Assembly: GCA_024626585.2 (NCBI GenBank)
Contig: JANKJI020000002.1
Span: 21,759,946 to 21,781,978, forward strand
Reading direction: 5' to 3'
Source of the DNA: Ginkgo biloba
Taxonomy: Eukaryota > Plantae > Ginkgophyta
DNA length: 22,033 nucleotides
Shown here: positions 1 to 9,880 of the stretch, piece after piece
Layout: every line of letters begins with the position of its first letter
How positions within the stretch are numbered: position 1 is the stretch's first letter
The notes under the pieces: generated by a model
What the model saw: only the letters and a program-made list of their open reading frames with translations
The model's database searches: none
Told to the model about the DNA's origin: nothing
Translations under genes and position numbers: made by a program

Positions 1-504
1 TTTCTCCAAGTTGATATTTCCTTGCGATATGCAATCTTTCACAAAATGAACCAAAGTCATTAAAAAATTCACCGCACTTCACTAAGTTCATGATAACTTA
101 TCATTTTTATTGTATTTGATATTTCATTTTGATATGCAATCTTTCATGAAATGAACTGTGAATTATGACAAAGTCACCTCACTTCACTAAATTTTCGAGA
201 CTTCATGATTTTCTTTGAGTGATCATTTCTTCATGATGTCTATCAAAAATCTCTTCCAACTTCTAAATTTTTGACTTGTATCACAATTATTGCATTATCT
301 CATAGACAATACATTCTTTTTGACCTATTTCCCAAAGCCTTCACACTACAACCAATGGCCAACACTTAGTAATTTTATTGAATTTATTAAAATTGGCATT
401 TCCTTGTAACTTGTGTTTCTCAGTGAAACACCATTGAACCCTTATTATTGGTGATCAAAAATTCCATTTTTTGTGACACTTAAAAAGTTTCATGAGTCAT
501 TATA
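1..504 (-). repeat. Putative 3' LTR (partial, runs off the window)
   Basis: Begins 3 nt after the PPT, reading TATAATGAC on the minus strand (TGTAAT... with one G>A change). Non-coding and contains internal tandem repeats. Confidence 0.65.
11..220. repeat. ~105-bp tandem repeat, 2 copies plus a faint third
   Basis: ttgatatttc...gatatgcaatctttca...aaatgaac...cacttcactaa occurs starting at 11 and again at 116. Confidence 0.85.
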
Positions 505-507
505 ATA

Positions 508-519
508 TCTCCCCCTTTC
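508..519 (-). other. Polypurine tract (PPT)
   Basis: Minus strand GAAAGGGGGAGA, downstream of integrase and immediately before the putative LTR start. Confidence 0.75.
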
Positions 520-1013
520 AATAATTTTTTTGTGAATATTACTTTTCCTTATGATCCAATTGTCATAAGAGTTTACAACATTGTGAATTTTACCCATGAT
601 CTAGAATTTGTTATTCTTTATGATCATCTCATCCTTGTGAGTATGAGAACTATTTCACCCTATGGATACTTAGTTAATTTCATCTATTATATTATTTGTC
701 ACCAAATCCTCCATACACAACATCTATCCATCTTTCCAATTACTTTATGTTTTCATGTGACTGAAGTATTCCTCATGGTAACATAAAATATTACAAATTA
801 TCCCTTCATCACTACAACATAACCCTTCATCAGAATATCATAATAATTTTATGTCTTATTCATTTATCATTACTTCAACATATTTTTGTTACTTGGTCAT
901 TTTTTGTGAACAAGTTCTCTATAATATTTTTGGGGAGTTAATAAACTTAACTCATTTTTTAATTTCTTCTGTACATTATGATATATATTTATAGAATTTT
1001 ATTGAGTATTGAT

Positions 1014-1737
1014 TCAATCTCTAAAAACTTTTAATTTAGCTTCATTTAATCAATCAAGAATAGGTTCACTCATTAGCATTGATAATTCTACATACCTATT
1101 GTCATATAATGTTTCTAGAATATAAGGTACAAGCCACCTTATTTTTATCTTTACTTGTATATTCTTGTATTTACTATCATACAATAGTACTAAATCACTT
1201 GGATTATGCATCATTCCTTTAATATTACTATCATGCATCATTTTCATTCATTTTTGTATAAGATATTGATGATAGAAATAAATTTCTATATTTTCTTCCA
1301 ATTCATTTAACTTCATCATCCTCTCCTTTATAGATTGTTCATCATCCCATTTCTCTTTAATTTTAACTCACAAACTAGGCACTTGAAACTCAAATGGAAA
1401 CACTACTTCTTGGCCATAAAATAATTATAATGGTGTTTGAACCATCTCTCTCTTATATGTGGTTTTTAAGGGCCATAAGATGACATGAAACTTGTCTATT
1501 GAATCCTTCCTTCTTACTTCATAAGTATTTATTAAAATATTACACAAAATATTATTAGAAGAATCTACCAAACCATTACATCTTAGATAGTAGGGAGTAA
1601 TCTTTCTATGTTGAATCATGAATTCAAAAGTCAAGTTTTCTACTACTTTGTTTAGAAAATGGGTTCCTCTATCACTTATTAACCCAAGTTGACATCCAAA
1701 TATTACTAATATACATTCATATAAAAATGTGTATTAG
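1014..1737 (-). pseudogene. Retrotransposon integrase core plus GPY/F C-terminal module, decayed
   Basis: Translates as FLYECILVIFGCQLGLISDRGTHFLN ... HRKITPYYLRCNGLVDSSNNIL ... LWPLKTTYKREMVQTP ... HDSNIK ... DLVLLYDSKYK ... IRWLVPY ... LNEAKLKVFRD*. This matches rve (SDRGTHF; TPYYPxxNGxxE) and RWLGPY/VNGxRLK consensus; no chromodomain seen. Confidence 0.93.
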
Positions 1738-1837
1738 NNNNNNNNNNNNNNNNNNNNNNNNNNNNNNNNNNNNNNNNNNNNNNNNNNNNNNNNNNNNNNN
1801 NNNNNNNNNNNNNNNNNNNNNNNNNNNNNNNNNNNNN

Positions 1838-2130
1838 GATATACACAACCTACATCTAGTAACTTCTCAACTTTCTCCTTAAATTATTTCTTATATTTGG
1901 GATTCATCATGTATGGTTGATGCCTTATCAATTTAGCATTATCTTCTAGCCCAATTCTTAATTGACCAATTTTTGGAGTGATTCCTTTAAGGTGTTTATA
2001 TATGTATGTGAAAATATATGCATATTGTTGGAATAATTTATGAGCCTTCACAATTGTTTATTCATCCTAGTATTTTCCCACTTCAATGGTATGATCTACC
2101 TGGCCTTCAACTATTTGAATATTTTATGTC
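1838..2130 (-). pseudogene. Pol region immediately N-terminal to reverse transcriptase
   Basis: LFQQYAYIFTYIYKHLKGITPKIGQLRIGLEDNAKLIRHQPYMMNPKYKK*FKEKVEKLLDVGCVY resembles LLxEYxDIFAWSYxDLKGIxP...HRIxL...PYRMNP...EIxKLLxAGFIY. The RT core and RNase H would fall in the gap at 1738-1837. Confidence 0.88.
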
Positions 2131-2258
2131 TTATATGGTTATTGATTGGGGCCAAACTATGTCTACCAATGTAGCTTCATCATAGACTTTATAAATTGTT
2201 ACCTCCTCCTTCAAAAAAATATCTAGAATTTATTAGTTGTCTTCACTCATTTATGTCA

Positions 2259-2995
2259 TGTGACAAACTCTATTGTGACCAAATGTGAACTTATTTATAT
2301 TGTTTATTTTAAGATGGGATTAGGTGGATGCTTCCTACTCATTTATGATGATGGGAATTAGTTCTAAAGAACACAATTTCACTAACCCACTACATACATA
2401 TATCTAGCACTACACTACACATGTTATTTCCAACTAGATATACCATTGGTAAGAGATTCCTCATAGTGCAGATCCTAGTGCATTGATTTTTTATGCATTT
2501 TTTTTAATGTCTATATTTATGTAGAATCTTTGTCATATCTCTCCAACTTTTTGAAAAATATTAATAGGGCAACTTCTCCCTTTATATTGCAATTTCATGT
2601 TACCAAGATGGGAAATTCCTACAAACCAATCCCGAAATAATAATTTTACGTTCTTCCAATCATATAAATTCTTCCTATGTGTATGAAACCATATACTTTA
2701 TTGGCCCCTTAGTATGGAGTAAAAATAAATCAACTTTTTTTGTTCTTTCAAACCTATCATTATGCAAAGAAACCATTTAAGATGTTCCTTGGTATCCAAA
2801 TCTACTTTAAATTTTCTTTAAAGAACCTTAACAAGTCATTTTCTTATGTTTCCCTCTTCTTCCATTGTGATCCATAAGTTGTCAAAATAGTGTAGTTCAT
2901 GCATTTCTTCTTTCCATTCTCTAACTAGATCATTGGAGTTAATAATTTATGATCTAATGATACCAAATATGAGAACTCTATCATTATCGAGTACG
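2259..2995 (-). mobile_element. Small nested LTR-retroelement remnant (PBS + gag fragment) interrupting the host pol
   Basis: PBS-like TGGTATCA at 2958-2965 and a gag-like frame at ~2560-2940 (EHLKWF...KLIYFYSILRGQ*SIWF...DWKNVKLLFRDWF). A ~28-bp homologous LTR-end pair lies at 2259-2287 and 2968-2995. Confidence 0.5.
2958..2965 (-). other. Primer-binding site, tRNAiMet type (partial)
   Basis: Minus strand ...CTCATA-TT-TGGTATCA matches the first 8 nt of canonical TGGTATCAGAGC, 2 nt after a decayed ...CA LTR end and upstream of a gag-like frame. Confidence 0.55.
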
Positions 2996-3194
2996 TTGGA
3001 TTCCTTCATACATGCATATATTTTCTAAACATCTTAGTCAAACTCAAAGTCACTTTTAAAATCTTCTTCAGAAAAATATTAATCCACTTTGATAATCTCC
3101 CATGACTATTTACTTCTATTTAAAGGAACATGTAGGAAGTTTGGACCTTATTTGAATTTCATCTAGTCCTTCTCCAAGCTAATGGATCATCTCC

Positions 3195-3500
3195 TTACAT
3201 TGATCCATGTTCTACCAAGTAAAACCATGTAATTTTTTTCTCTGGTTGGAAGATATATTACTTCAAAAGTTTTATCGACTTTGAAAGTGCGACAAGTAAT
3301 CGCTAGATCTTGTAGTATTCCTCTAGGAATGACCTAATATTGATTTGTCATTAGAATGATGATTATTGATTATATCATTTGGGGAGATCCCATCTATTTT
3401 CACATATCCATGGATATGATGTTTACTTTATATCCAAAATTTATGACAACATCCTTCACCTTTATGCCTTAAACTAGCACTTGCACAGTTGGTTTGGTGT
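3195..3500 (-). pseudogene. Retropepsin (aspartic protease), decayed
   Basis: VKDVVINFGYKVNIISMDM*K*MGSPQM...MTNQY*VIPRGILQDL...FEVIYL...YMVLLGRTWI matches IDxGSxVNII...MANQ...P.G...LLGRPWL; the catalytic D has mutated to N. Confidence 0.85.
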
Positions 3501-4123
3501 CTTTATGCTTGACTGTGTAGTTTGTCTTGACTTGGAGATTCTCCAAGTACCAGTTACATATATTTTTACATAAATTTATGACCTTAAACAATTCCATATT
3601 CTTAGAATTTAAACTTTATACCAAATTTAGGAGATCTCTTTCATTTCCTTCCTCTTTAAATGCATTCTCATTGGCCTCTCATGGTTCTTGTGATATAATA
3701 TCTAACTCTAGGAATGTTGGAAATGGTTCTATAACAATGCATTTTACTAGCTATTTATGTCTCGATCCATCTAATTAAGATTTAATGATAAATATTATGC
3801 TCGCTTAAATTCCTTTTTTGATATTTTGGATCGAGATATTCCACCTTTTAATTTCCTTTTTCCTTAGCATAATATATTTAGCAGTATCTTTCAAGTTTAA
3901 GACCCAAATCAACCAAAGTATCTGAATACATTTGTGCAAAGTGAAGAAAAATTGATCAACTGATACAAGAGAAGCAATTCTAACAGAATATTAAAATAAT
4001 GCAGAAAGGAAATAATAAGAGCGNNNNNNNNNNNNNNNNNNNNNNNNNNNNNNNNNNNNNNNNNNNNNNNNNNNNNNNNNNNNNNNNNNNNNNNNNNNNN
4101 NNNNNNNNNNNNNNNNNNNNNNN

Positions 4124-4830
4124 TTTTTTAAAAGAAGTATGGTTATTTCAATTTATCTTTCTTTGGTCGTATGCACAACTAGTTAACTGAATGTTTATAT
4201 GGGAATTTAAAGATATGGTGACCTTCTGTTGAATGACGACGTGTTGGGATTGATAGAGTTTAAGGAAAATTTACATGATCCTAGGTCTTATTTCAGCACA
4301 TGGAATGAAGATGATGACAGTGCATGCAACTGGACTGGCATTAAATACAATACCAAAATAAAGAGAGTTACTGAAGTGTTTCTTGATAATATAGCCTTAT
4401 CAGGAAAAAATAGTAGAGGTCTTGCTAGACTCGAGTCACTGCATACATTGCCACTTTCATACAATAATTTCTCAAGTGATATCAACCCAGGTCTAGCTCA
4501 GATTACAAGTTTCAAGATAGTGAATTTGAACCACAATGCACTTTTTGGCATAATTCCTTTATAGTATTTTTGAACAATGTACTTTACTCAGAGTTATTTC
4601 CCTTTCCCATAACAAATTAGAAGGTCCTTTACCACATGTACTATTCTTTTTCACNNNNNNNNNNGAAATGTTAAACATTTTTAAAATTCATTTATCTAGG
4701 TCATTGCCTTAAAAAATATGGTCTCTTATGAATCTTAGACCATTAGATTTGTATTATAATTCCCTTGTGGGGATCTTCCTATGGGAATTGGGGATTTGAT
4801 TAATTAGAGGGAGATCCATCTTCCCTATAA
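4124..4830 (+). pseudogene. LRR receptor-like kinase subfamily VII (IRK/PXC2/At3g28040-like), N-terminal fragment only
   Basis: LNDDVLGLIEFKENLHDP...WNEDDDSACNWTGIKYN...RVTEVFLDNIALSG..SRGL..L..L..L.LSYNNFS, then after a frameshift near 4560 SIFEQCTLLRVISLSHNKLEGPLP, then LP*KIWSLMNLRPLDLYYNSLVG, another frameshift, DLPMGIGDLIN*REIHL. Collinear with the LRRNT_2 cap and first ~5 LRRs of IRK-type kinases. A hydrophobic signal-like stretch upstream is out of frame, and no TM or kinase domain is visible. Confidence 0.92.
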
Positions 4831-5268
4831 ACTTATGTTTGAACTCTCAAACTCCTCCATAAAAATTGTGGCCTTGTGCACCATTTTCCCTACCCAAGTG
4901 GNNNNNNNNNNNNNNGTTGTCAATGCCATATAGCTCTATGCATCCCCCACATCACTCACCCATATTGCCAAATCCCTACACCATGCCATCGAGTCTTAAA
5001 CATTATCCTTTGCATCCCATTATCATCCTCACCCTCTCTATGTTGCACCTCCCTGCACATACATACAAAAATGTAAAATGATAATTATGAACAATTAACA
5101 TAAAAAAAAAGATATAACCCAAATCCCTAAATTGGGAATCAAATATTAAATTTTGTTTAAAGGATTTTNNNNNNNNNNNNNNNNNNNNNNNNNNNNNNNN
5201 NNNNNNNNNNNNNNNNNNNNNNNNNNNNNNNNNNNNNNNNNNNNNNNNNNNNNNNNNNNNNNNNNNNN

Positions 5269-5368
5269 TGGTTCAAGAAGGGGACTTCCAATGTGAAATA
5301 ATTATGGAACGGGCATACTAGGAAATGGTACTTGTAATAAGAGTTTTAGTATGCCTAAGGACTACCTA
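5269..5368 (+). repeat. 100-bp direct repeat, copy 1 (LINE ORF2-derived)
   Basis: Matches 7180-7279 at 96 of 100 positions with no indels; its left end abuts an N gap. Confidence 0.97.
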
Positions 5369-7095
5369 GTATGGTAGGGTTTCATAATGATTGTCCCTTT
5401 AATTGGATATACCTCAATGATATGTTCCATTCTTAATAGAGGTGGCAGTTCCTTTGGTAATTCTTGATAAATTTGTGGGTATCTATTGAGTACCTCCTTA
5501 ATATCTTCCTTTTATTAGTTTTCTAGAGTATCTTCTATAATAGATTATATATCTTCGATGTGGTATAGTCTAGCTATGATTTTAAGGTTTCCCTTTTCTA
5601 GAATATTATTCATCTATTGTGAATTGAATGCCTTATTTTCTCTTTTTTTTATTCCTTTGATGCTGTACTTTTGACCTTGGAGTTTGTACAAGAGGAAGTC
5701 CTCCTTGTAGTTTGTTACATATGTTCTCAAATTGATTAGACATTATACTCCTATCACTATATATACACCTCCTAATTTTTTCATATAGAAGGAATCGTCA
5801 AGTGTGTAATTATCTAACTTCAACTCTACATTTTTAACGAATGTTTCATATATGATTTAGATATTTTTGGCTACACTTATAAGGAATCTTTCACTAGTAT
5901 CCATATAAATCCCAACCCTTTGATGTGCCTCTTATCAAGTATATACTCAGGGTGATATTATTACTAATAGCTTATTCTTAGTGATAAATCCATTTGTCTT
6001 GAATGTATTGAGTACACCTAATCTTGTCACTATGGAAAATGCAATTTTTGGTTCTTTAGTATCCATTATAGCTTATGGTTTTGGCTCCTCAATTATATCA
6101 TTGTCATCATTATTTTAGGATGTTCTTCTTCTCATCCATCTATGGATACTTCATTATTTTCTATTCCATCATTTAGCTCTCTTTGAGTCTCTTCCATGAA
6201 TAACTTTCTTTTGGATATAGTTATGATCATGGGACTAATGATCTTTATAGTGGTAGCATATATCCTTCCTTTAGTCTTTTGGTTATTTTTGCATATTACA
6301 TTAGCTTTGTTGGTTTGTGTATGATCTAGTTGTATTTTTCCTTTCTCATAATGTAAGGATCTTCTCTGATTTCATAAGTATCTCCATTTGAAAGCTTGGT
6401 GACTTTTATTTTCTTGGGATGCACAGTAGATTTCCTTTTTAAGACTTCCTAGTGCAAACATTCTAACATCTACCCTTTATTTGGCCCTTAAGTTTACAAT
6501 ATAAAATTCTTTCACATTTTATTTACTCACTCTTTCTTTTGAATCAAGGATTTAGAAATTTTTTATATTCTTCTATGGAGATTTCTCTCTGACCATATAG
6601 GTGAGCAAGTTGAATGTTGCATAATTTATTCCAATTTTGATCTTCCCTTTAAAAGCAAATTAAGATAAACCTTTAAAATTCTTTTATCAAGGGTTGATTT
6701 CATTCCTACCATATTACTCCCTATGTGTGAGCTAGACCTTCCATATACTGGAATACTATTCAAACTTTCTTGATTTCCTTAGTTAATCCCACTTGGTCAT
6801 AGACTCATTTTAGCCTACTAACCCATTCATGTACTTCAACAGGACTATTAAAGTAATAGTTTACAATTTTTAACTTTAAGTTATACTTGATCCTTCTATT
6901 ACTTCCCTAGATGAATTTCCCTCAATTGTTATCAATTACCCTTTATAGCTCATATGTTTCACCTTATTCCTTATGTAGAAGTATTTTATCATTTAAACTC
7001 CTACTAATGCTTTCTGCTTGTGCATTGAGTAATTTGAGAATTAGGTTATACTAGTTTGTTATATCTTTTCACTTTGCCTTTTATGTCCTTCATTG
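5369..7095 (-). mobile_element. LTR-less chromovirus-type Ty3/gypsy gag-protease fragment, decayed
   Basis: Capsid (EVHEWVSRLK*VYDQVGLT...FQYMEGLAHT*...ISIEEY...EFYIVNLR...DVRMF, ~6420-6850). Knuckle ICYHYKDH*SHDHNY (6217-6261, resembles LCxxCxExWxxxHxC). Protease NTFKTNGFI...FYMKKLGGVYIVIGV*CL (~5660-6050). Pre-RT linker DIKEVLNRYPQIYQELPKELPPLLRMEHIIEV...KPYH, cut at ~5369. The upstream boundary is approximate. Confidence 0.88.
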
Positions 7096-7900
7096 ACCAA
7101 TACTTCATTATGGTGAGGGTGGAAAATCTTATGGGATTATAAGTCTTTTATTGTGGTCTTCACAAAACACTTAAGAGTTTGGTTCAAGAAGGGGACTTCC
7201 ATTGTGAAATAATTATGGAACGGGCATACTAGGAATTGGTACTTGCAATAAGAGTTTTAGTATGCCGAAGGACTACCTAATTCCCATGGCACTCTATTTA
7301 TAAAATGATAAATGCTATCCCTTAGAATATTTGAGCCAAAGTTTATTTAGATTGTAATTCTTCTTGTTAGATAGATTGGAATTGGTTTCCTAAAACTCCT
7401 TTAATTACATTACATTATAAGAGATGCTTTGAATGAGTTGCAGACTTATGTTGACATATAAGAATGTTCCAATATAATATGGAGGAGATTAAACACTCTA
7501 CAAGCTTGAGAAACCTAACTAATCCTTGATTGGCATATCAATATGGAAGAAAAGAAAAGTATTTTTCTCTAGTTATTGCTTCATAATGGCCTTTCATTTA
7601 GATGTCGTCTAGGTAAGATTGGAATTAACTTAAACTGCCCATTTTGTGTAGGCTAGGAAACACATCTACATTTTTTTTGGAGTTGTTCAAATGTTCACCC
7701 TACTGGGCAAAAAGTGTACAATTTCTATTACTCTCAATGTTTCTAGCCCTTATAATGGAACATAGTCTTGTTATGGGATACTTATGCCTTGGATATTGGG
7801 TATATTCATGCTTGGAATATTATCATATTAGAGATACTATGGTCAATTCGGAAATTAAAAAATGATGTTCTTTTAATGCGACTACTTTTTGAGATATTTA
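7096..7900 (+). mobile_element. LINE (L1 superfamily) ORF2 C-terminal remnant
   Basis: WFKKGTSIVK*LW...W...EF...YKMINAIP, then zf-RVT EEKKSIFL*LLLHNGLSFRCRLGKIGINLNCPFCVG*ETHLHFFWSC (7546-7690), then ILWSIRKLKND (resembles WxIWxxRN). Confidence 0.85.
7180..7279 (+). repeat. 100-bp direct repeat, copy 2
   Basis: Second copy of 5269-5368, offset 1911 bp, and continuous with the LINE reading frame. Confidence 0.97.
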
Positions 7901-8391
7901 TTTTCACTTTTTTTTTAATTCTTTTTCATAATGTTGATTTTTGGATGTAATCCAAATTGGGGGTAGAGTTTTTGAAGGATTTGTTACAATAGATCTAGGA
8001 TAAATATAAGGAAAGTACATAGAAAATCCATCTGGCAAGGAAAAACTTCCACCAATCTTCCCTCAAAATGAAAGGCATTAGAGAAGACTAGACCCCATAC
8101 CATCATAGGACTATAACTTCTTTCTTCCCTTGGCAGTTGACAGACAAGGTTTAACTCAGAAACATATCACTAGAGATCTCTTTTAGACTCTTGATAGGAA
8201 CAAAAGACTACCTTCATAGTAGGTTGACTTGTATAAACCTACTGTGAGACCTAGAATTGATCTCAACCATATTCATCCAATCCAAAATGATNNNNNNNNN
8301 NNNNNNNNNNNNNNNNNNNNNNNNNNNNNNNNNNNNNNNNNNNNNNNNNNNNNNNNNNNNNNNNNNNNNNNNNNNNNNNNNNNNNNNNNNN

Positions 8392-8830
8392 AACAAGGAT
8401 TCTCTCAGCATAAGAATACTCCTCAGGACATAAAATAATTTAGTAGATAAATGGGTAGCATAACAATACATTTAGTTCTTCCTCCAAAATAACCCATGGA
8501 TCCTTGTATTTATAGAGAAATACTAAGATAGTAGTTGTTAAAGAGGTTGTAATCAACTTAAAATCCAAATCCTAGGTATCTAAGATGGTCAGGTAGTCCA
8601 AGAGGAGGAGTCACAATCCAAAAAGTGAAAAAATATCTCAAAAATCCATGTCACAAGATAAAGAAAAAATATGCACGTATCAGCCATTCAATGTGGAAAT
8701 ACGTGCTATACAACATCGACATGGAAATTCACAAGCTGACTATATGGTAGGGTGCACAATCCCACACTGACGTAAAAATGTACAACACTAAAATGTGGTA
8801 GGGTGCACATTTACACGTCAAGACTTTTTT
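8392..8830 (-). repeat. Possible LTR fragment (TATA plus short repeated motifs)
   Basis: Minus-strand CTATAAATAC at 8506-8515. Upstream of it on that strand are a 14-bp exact repeat tggtagggtgcaca (8745, 8796) and decayed TGACGT/ACGTCA-like motifs. No termini identified. Confidence 0.3.
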
Positions 8831-9823
8831 GAGAAAATTTGACAAGTCTACGAAAAAATCCAAAAAGAGGAGAACAAGCATGAACATTTGGAGTGGATGA
8901 TGAAAAGATCCAGGACCTTGAAAACCTTCACAGAAGGACTTATCTTCCTTTTATTATAAAAAGTGAACACTGTATAATTTATGGGGGGCGCACCATCAGG
9001 TGATGTTGCTCAACTTTAAAAATTTACAAATTTCATCACATAGGAGTTAGATGCGATCTCCTAGTACAACAATACACTATATCCCCAAAATCCCGATTAA
9101 ATAACCAATCCTTAGTAACTCCACATAATTTTTATTTCTTTTTAAATATTCATGAAAATTACTCAATTCTTTAGAAATATTTTGAGAATTACAATTTCCT
9201 GCATCTCTCAACAACTCGTCTTGACATAAAATTTAAATCATATCCTTCATTTAAAGTCTTAAACTCTCTTAGACTCTTTAAATGCTCATTATAGCGTCTT
9301 TAGTGATCCTTCTTACTATAAACATTATGAGTAGATTAAAATTCCTTCCTACATGACATTTAAAATTTGTTTAAACTTTATTAAACCTTTAAAGTTTCTA
9401 TAAAACTCTATTAATAGTTGTAAATATAAAGTAGAAACCACTCATATGGACATATTTTTTAAAGATTAACAAAAATTTATTTAATCTTTAAGGCTAAGAC
9501 TATAAGAATCTTAAATATTAACTACCACAACCTTATGTGACTCTATACTAGCTCTCCTTTTGGTAAGAAAACTAATATTTAACTATTATGAAAAATAATC
9601 TATAATTAATAATTATAGTGCAAAATATAGTTCATTTATTAACAACACCCAACACATTCATAGAAATTCTCACATAAAGACAAAAATAAATTTAATTGGA
9701 GAAACCCTCATGGGGAATAAAACNNNNNNNNNNNNNNNNNNNNNNNNNNNNNNNNNNNNNNNNNNNNNNNNNNNNNNNNNNNNNNNNNNNNNNNNNNNNN
9801 NNNNNNNNNNNNNNNNNNNNNNN

Positions 9824-9880
9824 TATATGTATATGTATATATATGTATTTTACATATATATATAGAGAGAGAGAGACATA
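9824..9880. repeat. Compound (TA)n/(GA)n microsatellite
   Basis: tatatgtatatgtatatatatgt...tatatatatagagagagagagac, adjoining an N gap. Confidence 0.9.

Larger units (their letters stand above)
1..3890 (-). mobile_element. Decayed Ty3/gypsy LTR retrotransposon, non-chromoviral (Athila/Phygy-like), 5'-truncated
   Basis: Minus-strand order is protease (3195-3500), pre-RT linker (1838-2130), [gap], integrase (1014-1737), ~0.5 kb 3' UTR, PPT (508-519), LTR. PR-RT-INT order defines Ty3/gypsy. Many stops and frameshifts; the upstream boundary near 3890 is approximate. Confidence 0.9.

Noticed and set aside
532-786. Short plus-strand ORFs (532-786, 3527-3778, 11890-12078, 14535-14735)
   Set aside because: Antisense shadows of minus-strand transposon sequence, with no motifs.
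4229-4564. Intact small secreted LRR protein
   Set aside because: The start is a TTG inside the conserved LNDDVLGL motif, the signal region is out of frame, and homology continues past the stop in another frame.
4866-5081. His/Pro-rich ORFs after the LRR fragment
   Set aside because: By-product of a C-rich tract containing an N run; no homology to the kinase continuation.
5269-7279. The 100-bp repeats as true LTRs of the enclosed gag-PR
   Set aside because: They translate as LINE ORF2, lack TG...CA termini and adjacent PBS/PPT, and copy 2 is continuous with LINE sequence on both sides.
9035-9066. Canonical Helitron 3' end (hairpin plus CTAG-T)
   Set aside because: The stem is short and overlaps or abuts the CTAG instead of lying ~10 nt upstream, and it is on the wrong strand for the RepHel found.
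9459-9491. 11-bp perfect inverted repeat ttaaagattaa/ttaatctttaa
   Set aside because: Almost entirely A/T in a very AT-rich tract; plausible by chance and not tied to an element boundary.
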